DNA from: Sandaracinaceae bacterium
Lineage (GTDB): Bacteria > Myxococcota_A > Polyangia > Polyangiales > Sandaracinaceae
Direction: 5' to 3'
Assembly: GCA_044220955.1 (NCBI GenBank)
Contig: JBGAQA010000003.1
Coordinates: 1 to 64,000, forward strand
DNA: 64,000 nucleotides
The notes under the pieces are model-generated. The model did not search any database, was not told the DNA's origin, and saw only the letters and a list, made by a program, of their open reading frames with translations. Position 1 is the stretch's first letter. Every line of letters begins with the position of its first letter. Both the position numbers and the translations under genes were made by a program. Positions 8,893 through 17,821 of this stretch are shown here, piece after piece.

Positions 8893-10200
8893 ATGGCGAC
8901 TGATCTCTCCGCGTTCGTACGCACCTCGGCGGCTCCGAAGGACCGCGTCTCTCCGATCGCGGCCAAGCTGGTGGGCTCCGAGATCCTCAAGATCGCCGCC
9001 GAGATCCGCGCGCTGATCGCGCAGGGCAAGCCGGTCTGCAACCTCACCGTCGGCGACTTCGATCCGAAGCAGTTCCCGATCCCCGAGGTGCTGCGCCACA
9101 ACATCACCGCGGCCTACGCCGCGCACGAGACGAACTACCCGCCCTCGAACGGCATGCCGGAGCTGCGCGCGGCGGTGCAGCGCTTCTACGAGCGCGACCT
9201 CGGCCTGAAGCTGCCGATCGAGTCGATCCTCATCGCGTCGGGCGCGCGCCCCGTGATCTACGGCATCTACCGCGCGGTGGTCGCGGAGGGCGACGAGGTC
9301 GTCTATCCGGTGCCGAGCTGGAACAACAACCACTACGTCACGATGCTCGGCGCCAAGGGCGTGACGGTGAAGTGTGGCCCCGAGAGCCGCTTCCTGCCGA
9401 CGCGCGACAGCCTCCTCGCGACGCTGCCCACGGCCCGCCTCGTCTGCCTCAACTCACCGCTCAACCCGACGGGCACGGCGATGAGCAAGGAGATGGTGCT
9501 CGGGATCTCCGAGGCGATCGTGAGGGAGAACGAGCGGCGCGCGAAGGACGGCCAGCGCCCCGTCTATCTCATGTACGACCACATCTACTGGATGCTCACG
9601 GCGAAGGGGACGACCCACCACACACCGCCGGAGCTGATCCCCGAGATGGCGCGCTACACGGTCTTCGTCGACGGCATCAGCAAGGCGTTCGCCTCGACGG
9701 GCGTGCGCGTGGGCTGGGCCGTGGGCCCGGTCGACGTCATCGACCGCATGAGCGCGATCCTCGGGCACGTCGGCGCCTGGGCGCCGCGCGCGGAGCAGCT
9801 CGCGACCGCCAAGCTGCTCGACGACGCGGGCGCGATCGCGACGTATCTCGGCCACCTGCGGGGCGAGCTCGCGCTGCGCCTCGACGCGCTCCACGAGGGC
9901 TTCCAGAAGCTCAAGAGCCAGGGCCTGCCGGTCGACTCGCTCTCGCCCGAGGGCGCGATCTACCTGACGGTGCGGGTGCACCCCTTCGGCAAGAAGAACG
10001 CGGCCGGGAAGGCGCTCGAGACGAACGAGGACGTCCGCAGGCACCTGCTCGAGGCCGCCGGCGTCGGGGTCGTTCCCTTCCAGGCGTTCGGCTATCCCGG
10101 AGACGAGGGCTGGTTCCGCCTCAGCGTCGGCGCGGTGTCGCCGCGCGACATCGAGGACGCCATGCCCCGCATCGCCGAGTCGCTCCGCTCGCTCTCGTGA
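8893..10200 (+). CDS. Class I/II PLP-dependent aminotransferase (aspartate aminotransferase-like)
   Basis: NSPLNPTG, YDHIY, GISKAFASTGVRVGW (PLP Lys), WFRLS. Confidence 0.92.
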   Translation: MATDLSAFVRTSAAPKDRVSPIAAKLVGSEILKIAAEIRALIAQGKPVCNLTVGDFDPKQFPIPEVLRHNITAAYAAHETNYPPSNGMPELRAAVQRFYERDLGLKLPIESILIASGARPVIYGIYRAVVAEGDEVVYPVPSWNNNHYVTMLGAKGVTVKCGPESRFLPTRDSLLATLPTARLVCLNSPLNPTGTAMSKEMVLGISEAIVRENERRAKDGQRPVYLMYDHIYWMLTAKGTTHHTPPELIPEMARYTVFVDGISKAFASTGVRVGWAVGPVDVIDRMSAILGHVGAWAPRAEQLATAKLLDDAGAIATYLGHLRGELALRLDALHEGFQKLKSQGLPVDSLSPEGAIYLTVRVHPFGKKNAAGKALETNEDVRRHLLEAAGVGVVPFQAFGYPGDEGWFRLSVGAVSPRDIEDAMPRIAESLRSLS

Positions 10201-11312
10201 TCTCCGAGGCGCTCTTCGCGGCGGCCGTCGCGGGGCCCTACTTCCTCGGCGGCATCTTCCTCGAGCTCGCGGTCGCCAAGCGGCGCGGGCTCTCGCTGCA
10301 CCACACGCCCGACACGATCACGAGCATCGGCTGCGGGGCGCTCATGCAGGCGCTGAGCGTGCCGCTGCGCTTCGTGGTGTTCGGGCTCTACGCCCTGATC
10401 GCGCAGCGCTTCGCGCTCGCACGCATCACGACCGCCGACCTCTGGGCGTGGCCGCTCTGCTTTCTGCTGATGGACCACGACTACTACTGGTTCCACCGGC
10501 TCAGCCACCGCGTCTCGTTCCTCTGGGCCGCCCACGCCGTCCACCACCAGAGCGAGGAGTTCAACCTCCCCGCGGCGCTGCGGCAGAGCGCGCTCCAGGA
10601 GTCGTTCGCCGCGCCGTTCTACTGGCCGCTCGCGGTGATCGGCTTCCCGGTCGAGATGCTCGTCTTCTGCGTCGTGGTCTCGGCGATGTTCCAGTACTGG
10701 ATCCACACGCGGCTGATCGATCGGATGCCCGAATGGTTCGAGGCGATCTTCAACACGCCCTCGCAGCACCGCGTGCACCACGCGATCGATCCCGAGTACA
10801 TCGACAGGAACTACGCCGGCACGCTCTCGGTATGGGACCGCCTCTACGGATCGTTCCGGCGCGAGGGGGCGCCCCCGACCTACGGCACCGTGGAGCCTCT
10901 CGGCCGATTCGACGTGCTCGAGGCCAACCTCTCGGGCTGGCGCAAGATCGCCAAGAACGTGCGCAGGGGCGGGCTCTACGCGCTGATCGCACCGCCCGAG
11001 TGGACGCCCGACGGGATCGCGACGATCCCCGAGGCGCGCGACCGCCCCAAGCTCCGGAAGCAGACCGACAAGCGACAGAAGAACCGCCTCGTCCTGCTGC
11101 TCGCGACGGCGAGCGCCCTGGCCGGCGTCGCGAACGCGCACGCCGAGCGCGAGGGCGCGCTCGCGACGCTGCCGCTCACGCTCTGGCTCGTCGCCTCGGT
11201 CCTCGCGCTCGGCCCGATGATCGAGCAGGAGCGGCCGCCGCGATCCCTCACGTGGCTCCGCTGGGCGCTCCTACCCGTCGCGCTGATCGCGCTCTATGGA
11301 GGGCTCCCATGA
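10197..11312 (+). CDS. Sterol desaturase/fatty-acid hydroxylase family, alkylglycerol monooxygenase-like
   Basis: His boxes YYWFHRLSH, HAVHHQSEE, QYWIHT, QHRVHH, plus NYAG..WDRLYG; GTG start overlaps the upstream stop. Confidence 0.85.
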   Translation: MISEALFAAAVAGPYFLGGIFLELAVAKRRGLSLHHTPDTITSIGCGALMQALSVPLRFVVFGLYALIAQRFALARITTADLWAWPLCFLLMDHDYYWFHRLSHRVSFLWAAHAVHHQSEEFNLPAALRQSALQESFAAPFYWPLAVIGFPVEMLVFCVVVSAMFQYWIHTRLIDRMPEWFEAIFNTPSQHRVHHAIDPEYIDRNYAGTLSVWDRLYGSFRREGAPPTYGTVEPLGRFDVLEANLSGWRKIAKNVRRGGLYALIAPPEWTPDGIATIPEARDRPKLRKQTDKRQKNRLVLLLATASALAGVANAHAEREGALATLPLTLWLVASVLALGPMIEQERPPRSLTWLRWALLPVALIALYGGLP

Positions 11313-11962
11313 CGACCCTCGACGTCGACCTGGTCTCGGACGTGGTGTGCCCGTGGTGCTTCGTCGGCAGCCACCGGCTCGATCGCGTGCTCGCCGCGCT
11401 GGCGCGCGAGCGGCCCGAGCTGACGATCGTGGTCCACCATCACCCCTTCGAGCTCATGCCCGGCACGCCTCGATCGGGCACGAACGTCCCCGAGATGCTG
11501 CGCAAGAAGTACGGGACCGCGCCGGAGAAGCTCTGGGCGCGCGTCGAGGCGCAGGCTGCCGAGAGCGGGCTCGCGCTCGACCTGAAGAAGCAGCCGATGG
11601 CGTACCCGACGCTGCCCGCGCACACGCTCGCCCGCCTCGGCCGCGAGACGGGCGTCGAGCGCGCGCTCCACCGCGCCCTGTTCTCGGCGTACTTCGAGGG
11701 CGCCGAGGACATCGCGGACCCGGACGTGCTCGCGGCGATCGGCCAGGCACATGCCATCGACCCCGTCCGCGCCCGGACGTTCGTGCAGGACGACGCCGAG
11801 CTCGAGCTCACCCGCAACGAGGCGAAGATCTGGCAGCAGCACGGCGTCACCGGCGTGCCCTTCTTCGTGTTCGGCGAGAAGCTCGCGTTCTCCGGCGCGC
11901 AGCCGGAGGCCGTGATCCGCCAGGTGATCGACAAGGCCCTCGCGCTGTCCAAGCCGTCGTGA
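11309..11962 (+). CDS. DsbA/FrnE family thiol-disulfide oxidoreductase
   Basis: SDVVCPWCFVG and GVTGVPFFVF..FSGAQ; ATGA overlap. Confidence 0.92.
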   Translation: MTTLDVDLVSDVVCPWCFVGSHRLDRVLAALARERPELTIVVHHHPFELMPGTPRSGTNVPEMLRKKYGTAPEKLWARVEAQAAESGLALDLKKQPMAYPTLPAHTLARLGRETGVERALHRALFSAYFEGAEDIADPDVLAAIGQAHAIDPVRARTFVQDDAELELTRNEAKIWQQHGVTGVPFFVFGEKLAFSGAQPEAVIRQVIDKALALSKPS

Positions 11963-12825
11963 GCGACATGCGCGGGCGCCGCGTGGTCGTGACCGGAGCG
12001 ACCACCGGGATCGGCAAGGAGACCGCTCGGGCGCTCGCGAAGCTGGGCGCCTCGGTGGTCGTCGTGGGACGCGACGAACACAAGATCGCCGACACGGTCC
12101 GCGAGCTCGGAGCGGACGCGGCCGGCGTCCGCTGCGACTTCGCATCCCTCGCGTCGGCGCGCGCCGCAGCCGACGAGCTCGGACGTCGCTTCGAGGAGAT
12201 CCACGTGCTGGTGAACAACGCCGGCGCGGTCTACATGGAGCGCGGCGTCACCGTCGACGGTCACGAGACGACACTGCAGGTGAACCACCTGGGGCCCTAC
12301 CTCCTCACGCGGCGGCTGCTCCCCGCGCTCCTCCGCGCCGGACGCCCCGAGCGCCGAGCGCGCATCGTCAACGTCGCCTCGGCCGTGCACGCCGGCGTGT
12401 CGCTGGTCTGGGACGACCTCCACACCGAGCGGCGCGCGTACGTCGGCCTGCGCGTGTACGCCGCCACGAAGCTGATGAACGTGATGTTCGCGTACGCGCT
12501 CGCGCGCCGGCTCGCGGACCGGCACGTGACGGTGAATGCGCTCCATCCGGGCGTCATCGCGAGCGGCTTCGGCCACAACAACCGCGGCTGGATGGGGTTC
12601 GGCGTGAAGGTCGTCGCGCCCTTGCTCGCCACGCCCGCGAAGGGAGCTCGGACGAGCGTCCACCTCGCGAGCGCCCCGGAGGTGGAGCGGACGACGGGCC
12701 GCTACTTCGACGAACGATCGCGCGAGGTCCCGTCCAGCGCGGCGAGCCGCGACGAGAACGCGCAGGAAAGACTGTGGCAGATCAGCGAAGCGCTCTGCGG
12801 CTCGCATCTTTCGCTTGATGGGTGA
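11959..12825 (+). CDS. Short-chain dehydrogenase/reductase (retinol dehydrogenase-like)
   Basis: TGATTGIG, LVNNAG, YAATK, ALHPG. Confidence 0.93.
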   Translation: MSDMRGRRVVVTGATTGIGKETARALAKLGASVVVVGRDEHKIADTVRELGADAAGVRCDFASLASARAAADELGRRFEEIHVLVNNAGAVYMERGVTVDGHETTLQVNHLGPYLLTRRLLPALLRAGRPERRARIVNVASAVHAGVSLVWDDLHTERRAYVGLRVYAATKLMNVMFAYALARRLADRHVTVNALHPGVIASGFGHNNRGWMGFGVKVVAPLLATPAKGARTSVHLASAPEVERTTGRYFDERSREVPSSAASRDENAQERLWQISEALCGSHLSLDG

Positions 12826-12854
12826 TCGCCGTTTCGCTACACGCGCGAGTCCCG

Positions 12855-15023
12855 ATGCGGTCCAAGAAGTCAGCAGCGAGGTCCGCACCGGCAGGCGAGC
12901 GCGCGAGAGCCGGACGGCTGGATCTCGACGGGCTCAACCCCGCCCAGCGCGAGGCCGTCACGACGACGCGCGGCCCCTTGCTCGTGCTCGCCGGCGCCGG
13001 CTCCGGCAAGACGCGCGTGATCACGCATCGCATCGCGCACCTCGTGATGAACGAAGGCGTGCGCCCCGAGACGATCTGCGCCGTGAGCTTCACCAACAAG
13101 GCCGCCGAGGAGATGGCGGAGCGCATGGTGCCCCTCGTGGGGAGCGAGCACGCGGCGCGGCTCTGGCTCTCGACGTTCCACGGCCTCGGCGTGCGCTTCC
13201 TGCAGGAGGAGGCGGCCACGATCCTCGGCGACGAGCGGGGCCGGACCCGCTTCTCGATCTTCGACCAGGCGGACTGCGTCGGGCTGGTGAAGGAGATCGT
13301 CAAGCGCGAGGCGATCGGAGACCGGAAGGTCGACCTCTACGCGGTGCACGCCCGCATCTCGCTCTGGAAGAACAAGGGCTGGGCACCCGGTGAGGTCCGG
13401 GCCAACGCAGCGTTCGAGTACGACGCGATGGCGCTCGAGGCCTATCCCCACTACGAGGCCGCGCTGCGCTCGATGCGTGCGTTCGACTTCGACGACCTGG
13501 TCCTGGTGCCCGCGCGCTCGCTGCGGACGAGCGCCGAGCTGCGGCAGAAGTGGCTGGCCCGCTTTCGTTACCTGATGGTGGACGAGTTCCAGGACACCAA
13601 CGCGATCCAGCTCGAGATGGTGAAGCTGCTCGCGCCCTCGGCCCCCGGTGGCGGCGCGGAGAAGAACGTCTGCGTCGTGGGCGACGACGACCAGTCCATC
13701 TACGGCTGGCGCGGCGCGGACGTGGGCAACATCCTCGACTTCGAGCGCACCTTCCCGGGCACCAAGGTCGTCAAGCTCGAGACGAACTACCGCAGCCGCC
13801 AGCCGATCCTCGCGATCGCCAACGCGGCGATCTCGCGCGCGACGGGCAAGCGCCACGGCAAGACGCTGCGCGCCCACCTGCTCGGCGGCGAGCGCGTGAG
13901 GCTCTGCACGCTCGGTACCCCCGAGCAGGAGGCCAAGCTCGTCGCCAAGGAGATCCGGGGCCTGCGCGCCGAGGGGCGGCGGGCGGGCGACGTCGCGGTG
14001 CTCTACCGCTCGAACCTGCAGGCGCGCGCGATCGAGGAGGAGCTGCGCGTCGAGGGGATTCCCTACCGCGTGGTCGGCGGCACGCAGTTCTTCGAGAAGA
14101 AGGAAGTGAAGGACGCGCTGGCGTACCTGCGCGTGGTGGCGAACCCGCGGGACGAGCTCTCGTTGCGGCGCATCCTCAACTACCCGGCGCGCGGGATCGG
14201 CGACGCGACGGTCGAGCGGCTCGAGCGCTTCGCGAAGGCCCGGCGGCACACGTTCGCGTTCGCGGCGCTCGAGACGTTGCCGCGACACGGCGAGCTCACC
14301 GACGTTCCCGAGGCCGCCCGCGAGGGCGGACGGCGTCTCTCCGAGGCGATCGAGCGAGCGCGCGCGTCGCTCGGGACGGCGCCGCTCGTGCTCTGCGCGC
14401 GGCAGCTCTTCGACGACGTGGGCCTGCGCGCGGAGCTGCAGGACGGCCGGGACGAGTCCGACCCGCCGCCGAAGGAAGGCACGCCGGCCAAGCGCATCCG
14501 CTGGGAGAACGTGGAGTTCCTGCTCCGCTCCCTCGATCGCTTCGAGAAGCTGCCAGCGGGCGAGGGCAAGCCGAGCCTCGCGACGTTCCTCTCGCGCCTC
14601 ACGATCCGTCGCGACGAGGAGACGGCGGCCGAGCCCGGGGACGAAGTGACGCTCTCGTCGCTCCACTCGAGCAAGGGGCTCGAGTGGCCGGTCGTCTTCT
14701 TGATCGGCCTGAACGAGGGCACGCTCCCGCACCTGCGCACGATCGATCCGAAGGCGAGCGAGGCCGCCCCGACGGACGTCGAGGAGGAGCGGCGCCTCTT
14801 CTACGTCGGCGTCACACGCGCGCGCGAGCGTCTCTACCTGTGCCGCTTCCTACGGCGCGAGATGCGCGGGGCCGAGAAGCCGACCGTGCCGTCGCGCTTC
14901 CTCGAGCAGCTCCCCGACGAGCACGTCGAGCGTTACGAGCGCGACGACGACGCGCCCGCAGGGGACGCCGAGGCGCTCGCGCTCGCTCAGCAATTCCTCG
15001 CCAAGCTGCGCGGCACGGCGTGA
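12855..15023 (+). CDS. UvrD/Rep/PcrA family ATP-dependent DNA helicase (Rep-like C-terminus)
   Basis: LAGAGSGKT, SFTNKAA, DEFQD, VGDDDQSIYGWRGA, NYRS, HSSKGLEW, EERRLFYVGVTRA. Alternative start GTG 12822. Confidence 0.95.
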   Translation: MRSKKSAARSAPAGERARAGRLDLDGLNPAQREAVTTTRGPLLVLAGAGSGKTRVITHRIAHLVMNEGVRPETICAVSFTNKAAEEMAERMVPLVGSEHAARLWLSTFHGLGVRFLQEEAATILGDERGRTRFSIFDQADCVGLVKEIVKREAIGDRKVDLYAVHARISLWKNKGWAPGEVRANAAFEYDAMALEAYPHYEAALRSMRAFDFDDLVLVPARSLRTSAELRQKWLARFRYLMVDEFQDTNAIQLEMVKLLAPSAPGGGAEKNVCVVGDDDQSIYGWRGADVGNILDFERTFPGTKVVKLETNYRSRQPILAIANAAISRATGKRHGKTLRAHLLGGERVRLCTLGTPEQEAKLVAKEIRGLRAEGRRAGDVAVLYRSNLQARAIEEELRVEGIPYRVVGGTQFFEKKEVKDALAYLRVVANPRDELSLRRILNYPARGIGDATVERLERFAKARRHTFAFAALETLPRHGELTDVPEAAREGGRRLSEAIERARASLGTAPLVLCARQLFDDVGLRAELQDGRDESDPPPKEGTPAKRIRWENVEFLLRSLDRFEKLPAGEGKPSLATFLSRLTIRRDEETAAEPGDEVTLSSLHSSKGLEWPVVFLIGLNEGTLPHLRTIDPKASEAAPTDVEEERRLFYVGVTRARERLYLCRFLRREMRGAEKPTVPSRFLEQLPDEHVERYERDDDAPAGDAEALALAQQFLAKLRGTA

Positions 15024-15040
15024 GGTCGTAGGGTCGCTCC

Positions 15041-15580
15041 ATGCGTCACGTCGCGCTCCTCGTCGGCCTCCTCCTCACCGCATGCAGCGGCGTCACGGTG
15101 CACACGGGCCGCGAGGCGCCCGCGTCACGGGGCCCAACGCTCGAGCAGCTCGCGTGGCTGCTCGGCGACTGGCAGACGGACCCCGACGAGCACGGCTGCG
15201 TCTACCGCGAGCGGTGGCGGCGCGACTCGGACATGCTCTTCGTCGGCCGCGCCAAGGCGCGCTGCGGCGCGACCGCCGCACACGAGCCCTTCCACGAGGA
15301 GCTCCGCCTCGAGGCCGAGGCGCGCGGGCTCGTCTACGTCGCCGTGCCCTCGGGACAGACCCGCACCGAGTTCGACGTCACGTCCGGCGACGAGGGCGGC
15401 TTCGTGAGCGAGAACCCCGACCACGACTTCCCGACGCGCATCGAGTACCGCCGCACGGACGCCGGGATCGAGGCGACGGTCTCGGGCCCCGGCCGTTCGT
15501 TCACGCTCTCGATGCACCCGGCTGCGCCCGAGGCCGCCGGGGAGGGCCCGGTGAGCGCACCCGACGCCGGCGGCCGCTGA
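15041..15580 (+). CDS. DUF6265-like beta-barrel lipoprotein
   Basis: Lipobox LTAC; LAWLLGDW..ERW and ENPDHDFPTRIEY motifs. Confidence 0.75.
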   Translation: MRHVALLVGLLLTACSGVTVHTGREAPASRGPTLEQLAWLLGDWQTDPDEHGCVYRERWRRDSDMLFVGRAKARCGATAAHEPFHEELRLEAEARGLVYVAVPSGQTRTEFDVTSGDEGGFVSENPDHDFPTRIEYRRTDAGIEATVSGPGRSFTLSMHPAAPEAAGEGPVSAPDAGGR

Positions 15581-15601
15581 ACGGCGGCGACCCTCGGTCG
15601 A

Positions 15602-16750
15602 TCACACGGCGATCCCCTCGATGACGCTCACGAGCGCGTGCTCGCTCGATCGACCGAGCGTGAACCCCGTCGCCGCGAGCAGGTCCCCGTACTCGGCGCG
15701 GCTCCGCTCTCGGCCGTCGTCGCACACCATCATCATGTGAACGTCGGCCATGGGCCCAGGGCCCTGCACGTCGTCGTGCTCCGTCAGGGTCTCGAGGATG
15801 ATCACCTTGGCGCCGGGCTTGGCGGCGGCGCGCACGCGCCCGAGGATCGTCTTGCACGCGTCGTCGCCCCAGTCGTGCAGGATGTTCTTGAGCACGTAGC
15901 CATCCGCCCCCGTGGGCACGTGGTCGAAGAACGATCCGGTCTCCAGCGTCGCGCGAGAGAGGACCCCGCGCGCCTCGAGGAGCTCGCGCCCGAGGTCGAC
16001 GACCCCCGCGGCGTCGTAGAGCACGCCGCGCAGCCTCGGGAAGCGGAGCAGCAGCTCGGAGAGCAGAGTCCCTCGCCCTCCACCGACGTCGCAGACCGTG
16101 CCGAGCTCGGCCCATGGGTAGAGCCGCGCGATGATCGGCGCGGTCATGACCGTCATGCCCATCATCGCGGTCGCGAAGAGCTCGCGCTCGCCTGCGTGTG
16201 CGTCGAACCACTCCCAGACGTTCATCCCGTGCTCGAGCGCGAAGCCGTTCTTCCCCGTCTTCAGGGTGTCGTCGAAGGCGTTCCACGCGGCCACGTTCGA
16301 CTGCGTGCCGAAGTACTCCACGAATTCGCGCATCGCGCCGGGGCGGCCGGAGCGGAGCCCTTCCGAGCGGAAGTTGTTCGTGAAGCGCCCCTGCGAATCG
16401 AGCGCGAAGACCCCGATCGTCGCGAGCGCGCGCATCATGCGATGCATCGCGTCCGGGCTCTGGCCCGTCTTCTCCGCGATCGCCGCGCCGTCGAGCGGGC
16501 GCTCGGCGAGCAGATCGGCGATGCGCAGACGCGCGGCCGCGGCGAGCATCTTCGTCGTCGCGATTCCGGTCACGAGCTCCCAGAGCACGAGATCGACCGG
16601 CGCGAGGCGGTCCGTGGTGGCCTTCAGCCCGCGCCGCGTCGCGATCGCGGCGCGCACGGCCGCGTCCGGCGGCGCCGTGCCGCTCGGCGTGGGACCGAGC
16701 TTGATCGGCGTGGGATCCGACGTCGGCTGCTTGTAGGTGCGCGCGGGCAT
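15602..16750 (-). CDS. SAM-dependent O-methyltransferase (dimerisation + Methyltransf_2 domains)
   Basis: DVGGGRG, GSFFD, LKNILHDWGD, GRERS; N-terminal winged-helix dimerisation region. Confidence 0.92.
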   Translation of the reverse strand: MPARTYKQPTSDPTPIKLGPTPSGTAPPDAAVRAAIATRRGLKATTDRLAPVDLVLWELVTGIATTKMLAAAARLRIADLLAERPLDGAAIAEKTGQSPDAMHRMMRALATIGVFALDSQGRFTNNFRSEGLRSGRPGAMREFVEYFGTQSNVAAWNAFDDTLKTGKNGFALEHGMNVWEWFDAHAGERELFATAMMGMTVMTAPIIARLYPWAELGTVCDVGGGRGTLLSELLLRFPRLRGVLYDAAGVVDLGRELLEARGVLSRATLETGSFFDHVPTGADGYVLKNILHDWGDDACKTILGRVRAAAKPGAKVIILETLTEHDDVQGPGPMADVHMMMVCDDGRERSRAEYGDLLAATGFTLGRSSEHALVSVIEGIAV

Positions 16751-16801
16751 GCGCGCGACGATAACCCGGTCGCGTGTGGCGCGTGTGGCATCATCCGCGC
16801 G

Positions 16802-17821
16802 ATGCGTCGGACCCGGCTCGCCGCCCTGTCCATCGCGACACTCGTCGCGGCGGCCTGCGATCGCCCGGCAGATCCCGCCTGGATCGCCGAGCGACTCGCC
16901 GAGGCACGCGAGCGCGACACCGCGGCGCGGGCGGCGCACGCCAGCGACGACGAGCGTACGCGGTGGACGCTCGAGGTGGTCGGACCCGACGGCACGAGCG
17001 AGGTGCTCCCGTTCGCCGCGCTCTCGAGCTTGCCCCGCACGGAGGTGACGACGACCGAGCCCGACGAGGCGGCGCACCACGACGTGGTGCGCTTCGCCGG
17101 CGTGCGCATCTCCGACCTCGTCGGCCGTGCGGCGGCGGGCGAGCACGCCCCCGACGTCACGCTCCTCGCGTCCGACGGGTTCCGCGCGACGCTGCAGATG
17201 GAGGACGTGAGGCTCTTCCCCATCATCCTCGCGACCGACGCGAACGGCGCCCCGCTCGGACGCGATCATGGCGGCCCGCTCTACTCGGTCTTCCCGACCA
17301 TGCAGTTCCCCGAGCTCGGCACGCGCTACACGTCGAGCGCCTGGGTGTTCTACGTCACGCACGTGATCGTGGGGACCGCGCCGCCGAGCGTGCGCGTCGG
17401 GGATCGCGTGGTCACGGCCGCCGAGCTCGAGGCGCTGCCGACCACCTCGCTCTCGGCCGTGGTCGGCTACCGGACGGGCTGGCCCAGCGAGCCGGTGCGT
17501 GTGCACGGCGTGTTGCTCCGCGACCTGCTCGCGCTGGCCGGGGCCACCCTCGGAGACGGCGACCGCGTCCGCGTGATGTCGCGCGCGCCCGTGACGCGCG
17601 GCGAGGGCCGGCCGACGCTGCTCTCCGCCGACGACGTGCGGAGCGCAGACGTGATCCTCGCGCTCCGCTACGGCGAGAGCCGCGAGCCGATCCCCTCCCG
17701 GCTCGGCGGACCGCTCGCGCTCGCGTTCCCGACGAGCGTCGCCGCCCACCTCACCGACCACGACTGGCTGACCTTCGTGGATGCCCTGAGCGTCGTCCCG
17801 GCTGCCACGGAGGTGCCGTGA
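16802..17821 (+). CDS. Lipoprotein with two tandem Cys-less molybdopterin-oxidoreductase (SUOX/PruR-like) domains
   Basis: Lipobox AAAC; repeats FAGVRISDL..SDGF..IILA..GGPLYSVFP and VHGVLLRDLL..VILA..GGPLALAFP; no Cys after the lipobox. Confidence 0.75.
   Translation: MRRTRLAALSIATLVAAACDRPADPAWIAERLAEARERDTAARAAHASDDERTRWTLEVVGPDGTSEVLPFAALSSLPRTEVTTTEPDEAAHHDVVRFAGVRISDLVGRAAAGEHAPDVTLLASDGFRATLQMEDVRLFPIILATDANGAPLGRDHGGPLYSVFPTMQFPELGTRYTSSAWVFYVTHVIVGTAPPSVRVGDRVVTAAELEALPTTSLSAVVGYRTGWPSEPVRVHGVLLRDLLALAGATLGDGDRVRVMSRAPVTRGEGRPTLLSADDVRSADVILALRYGESREPIPSRLGGPLALAFPTSVAAHLTDHDWLTFVDALSVVPAATEVP

Noticed and set aside
12855..15023. Helicase as part of an anti-phage defence system
   Set aside because: Housekeeping-type sequence with no adjacent nuclease or defence genes.
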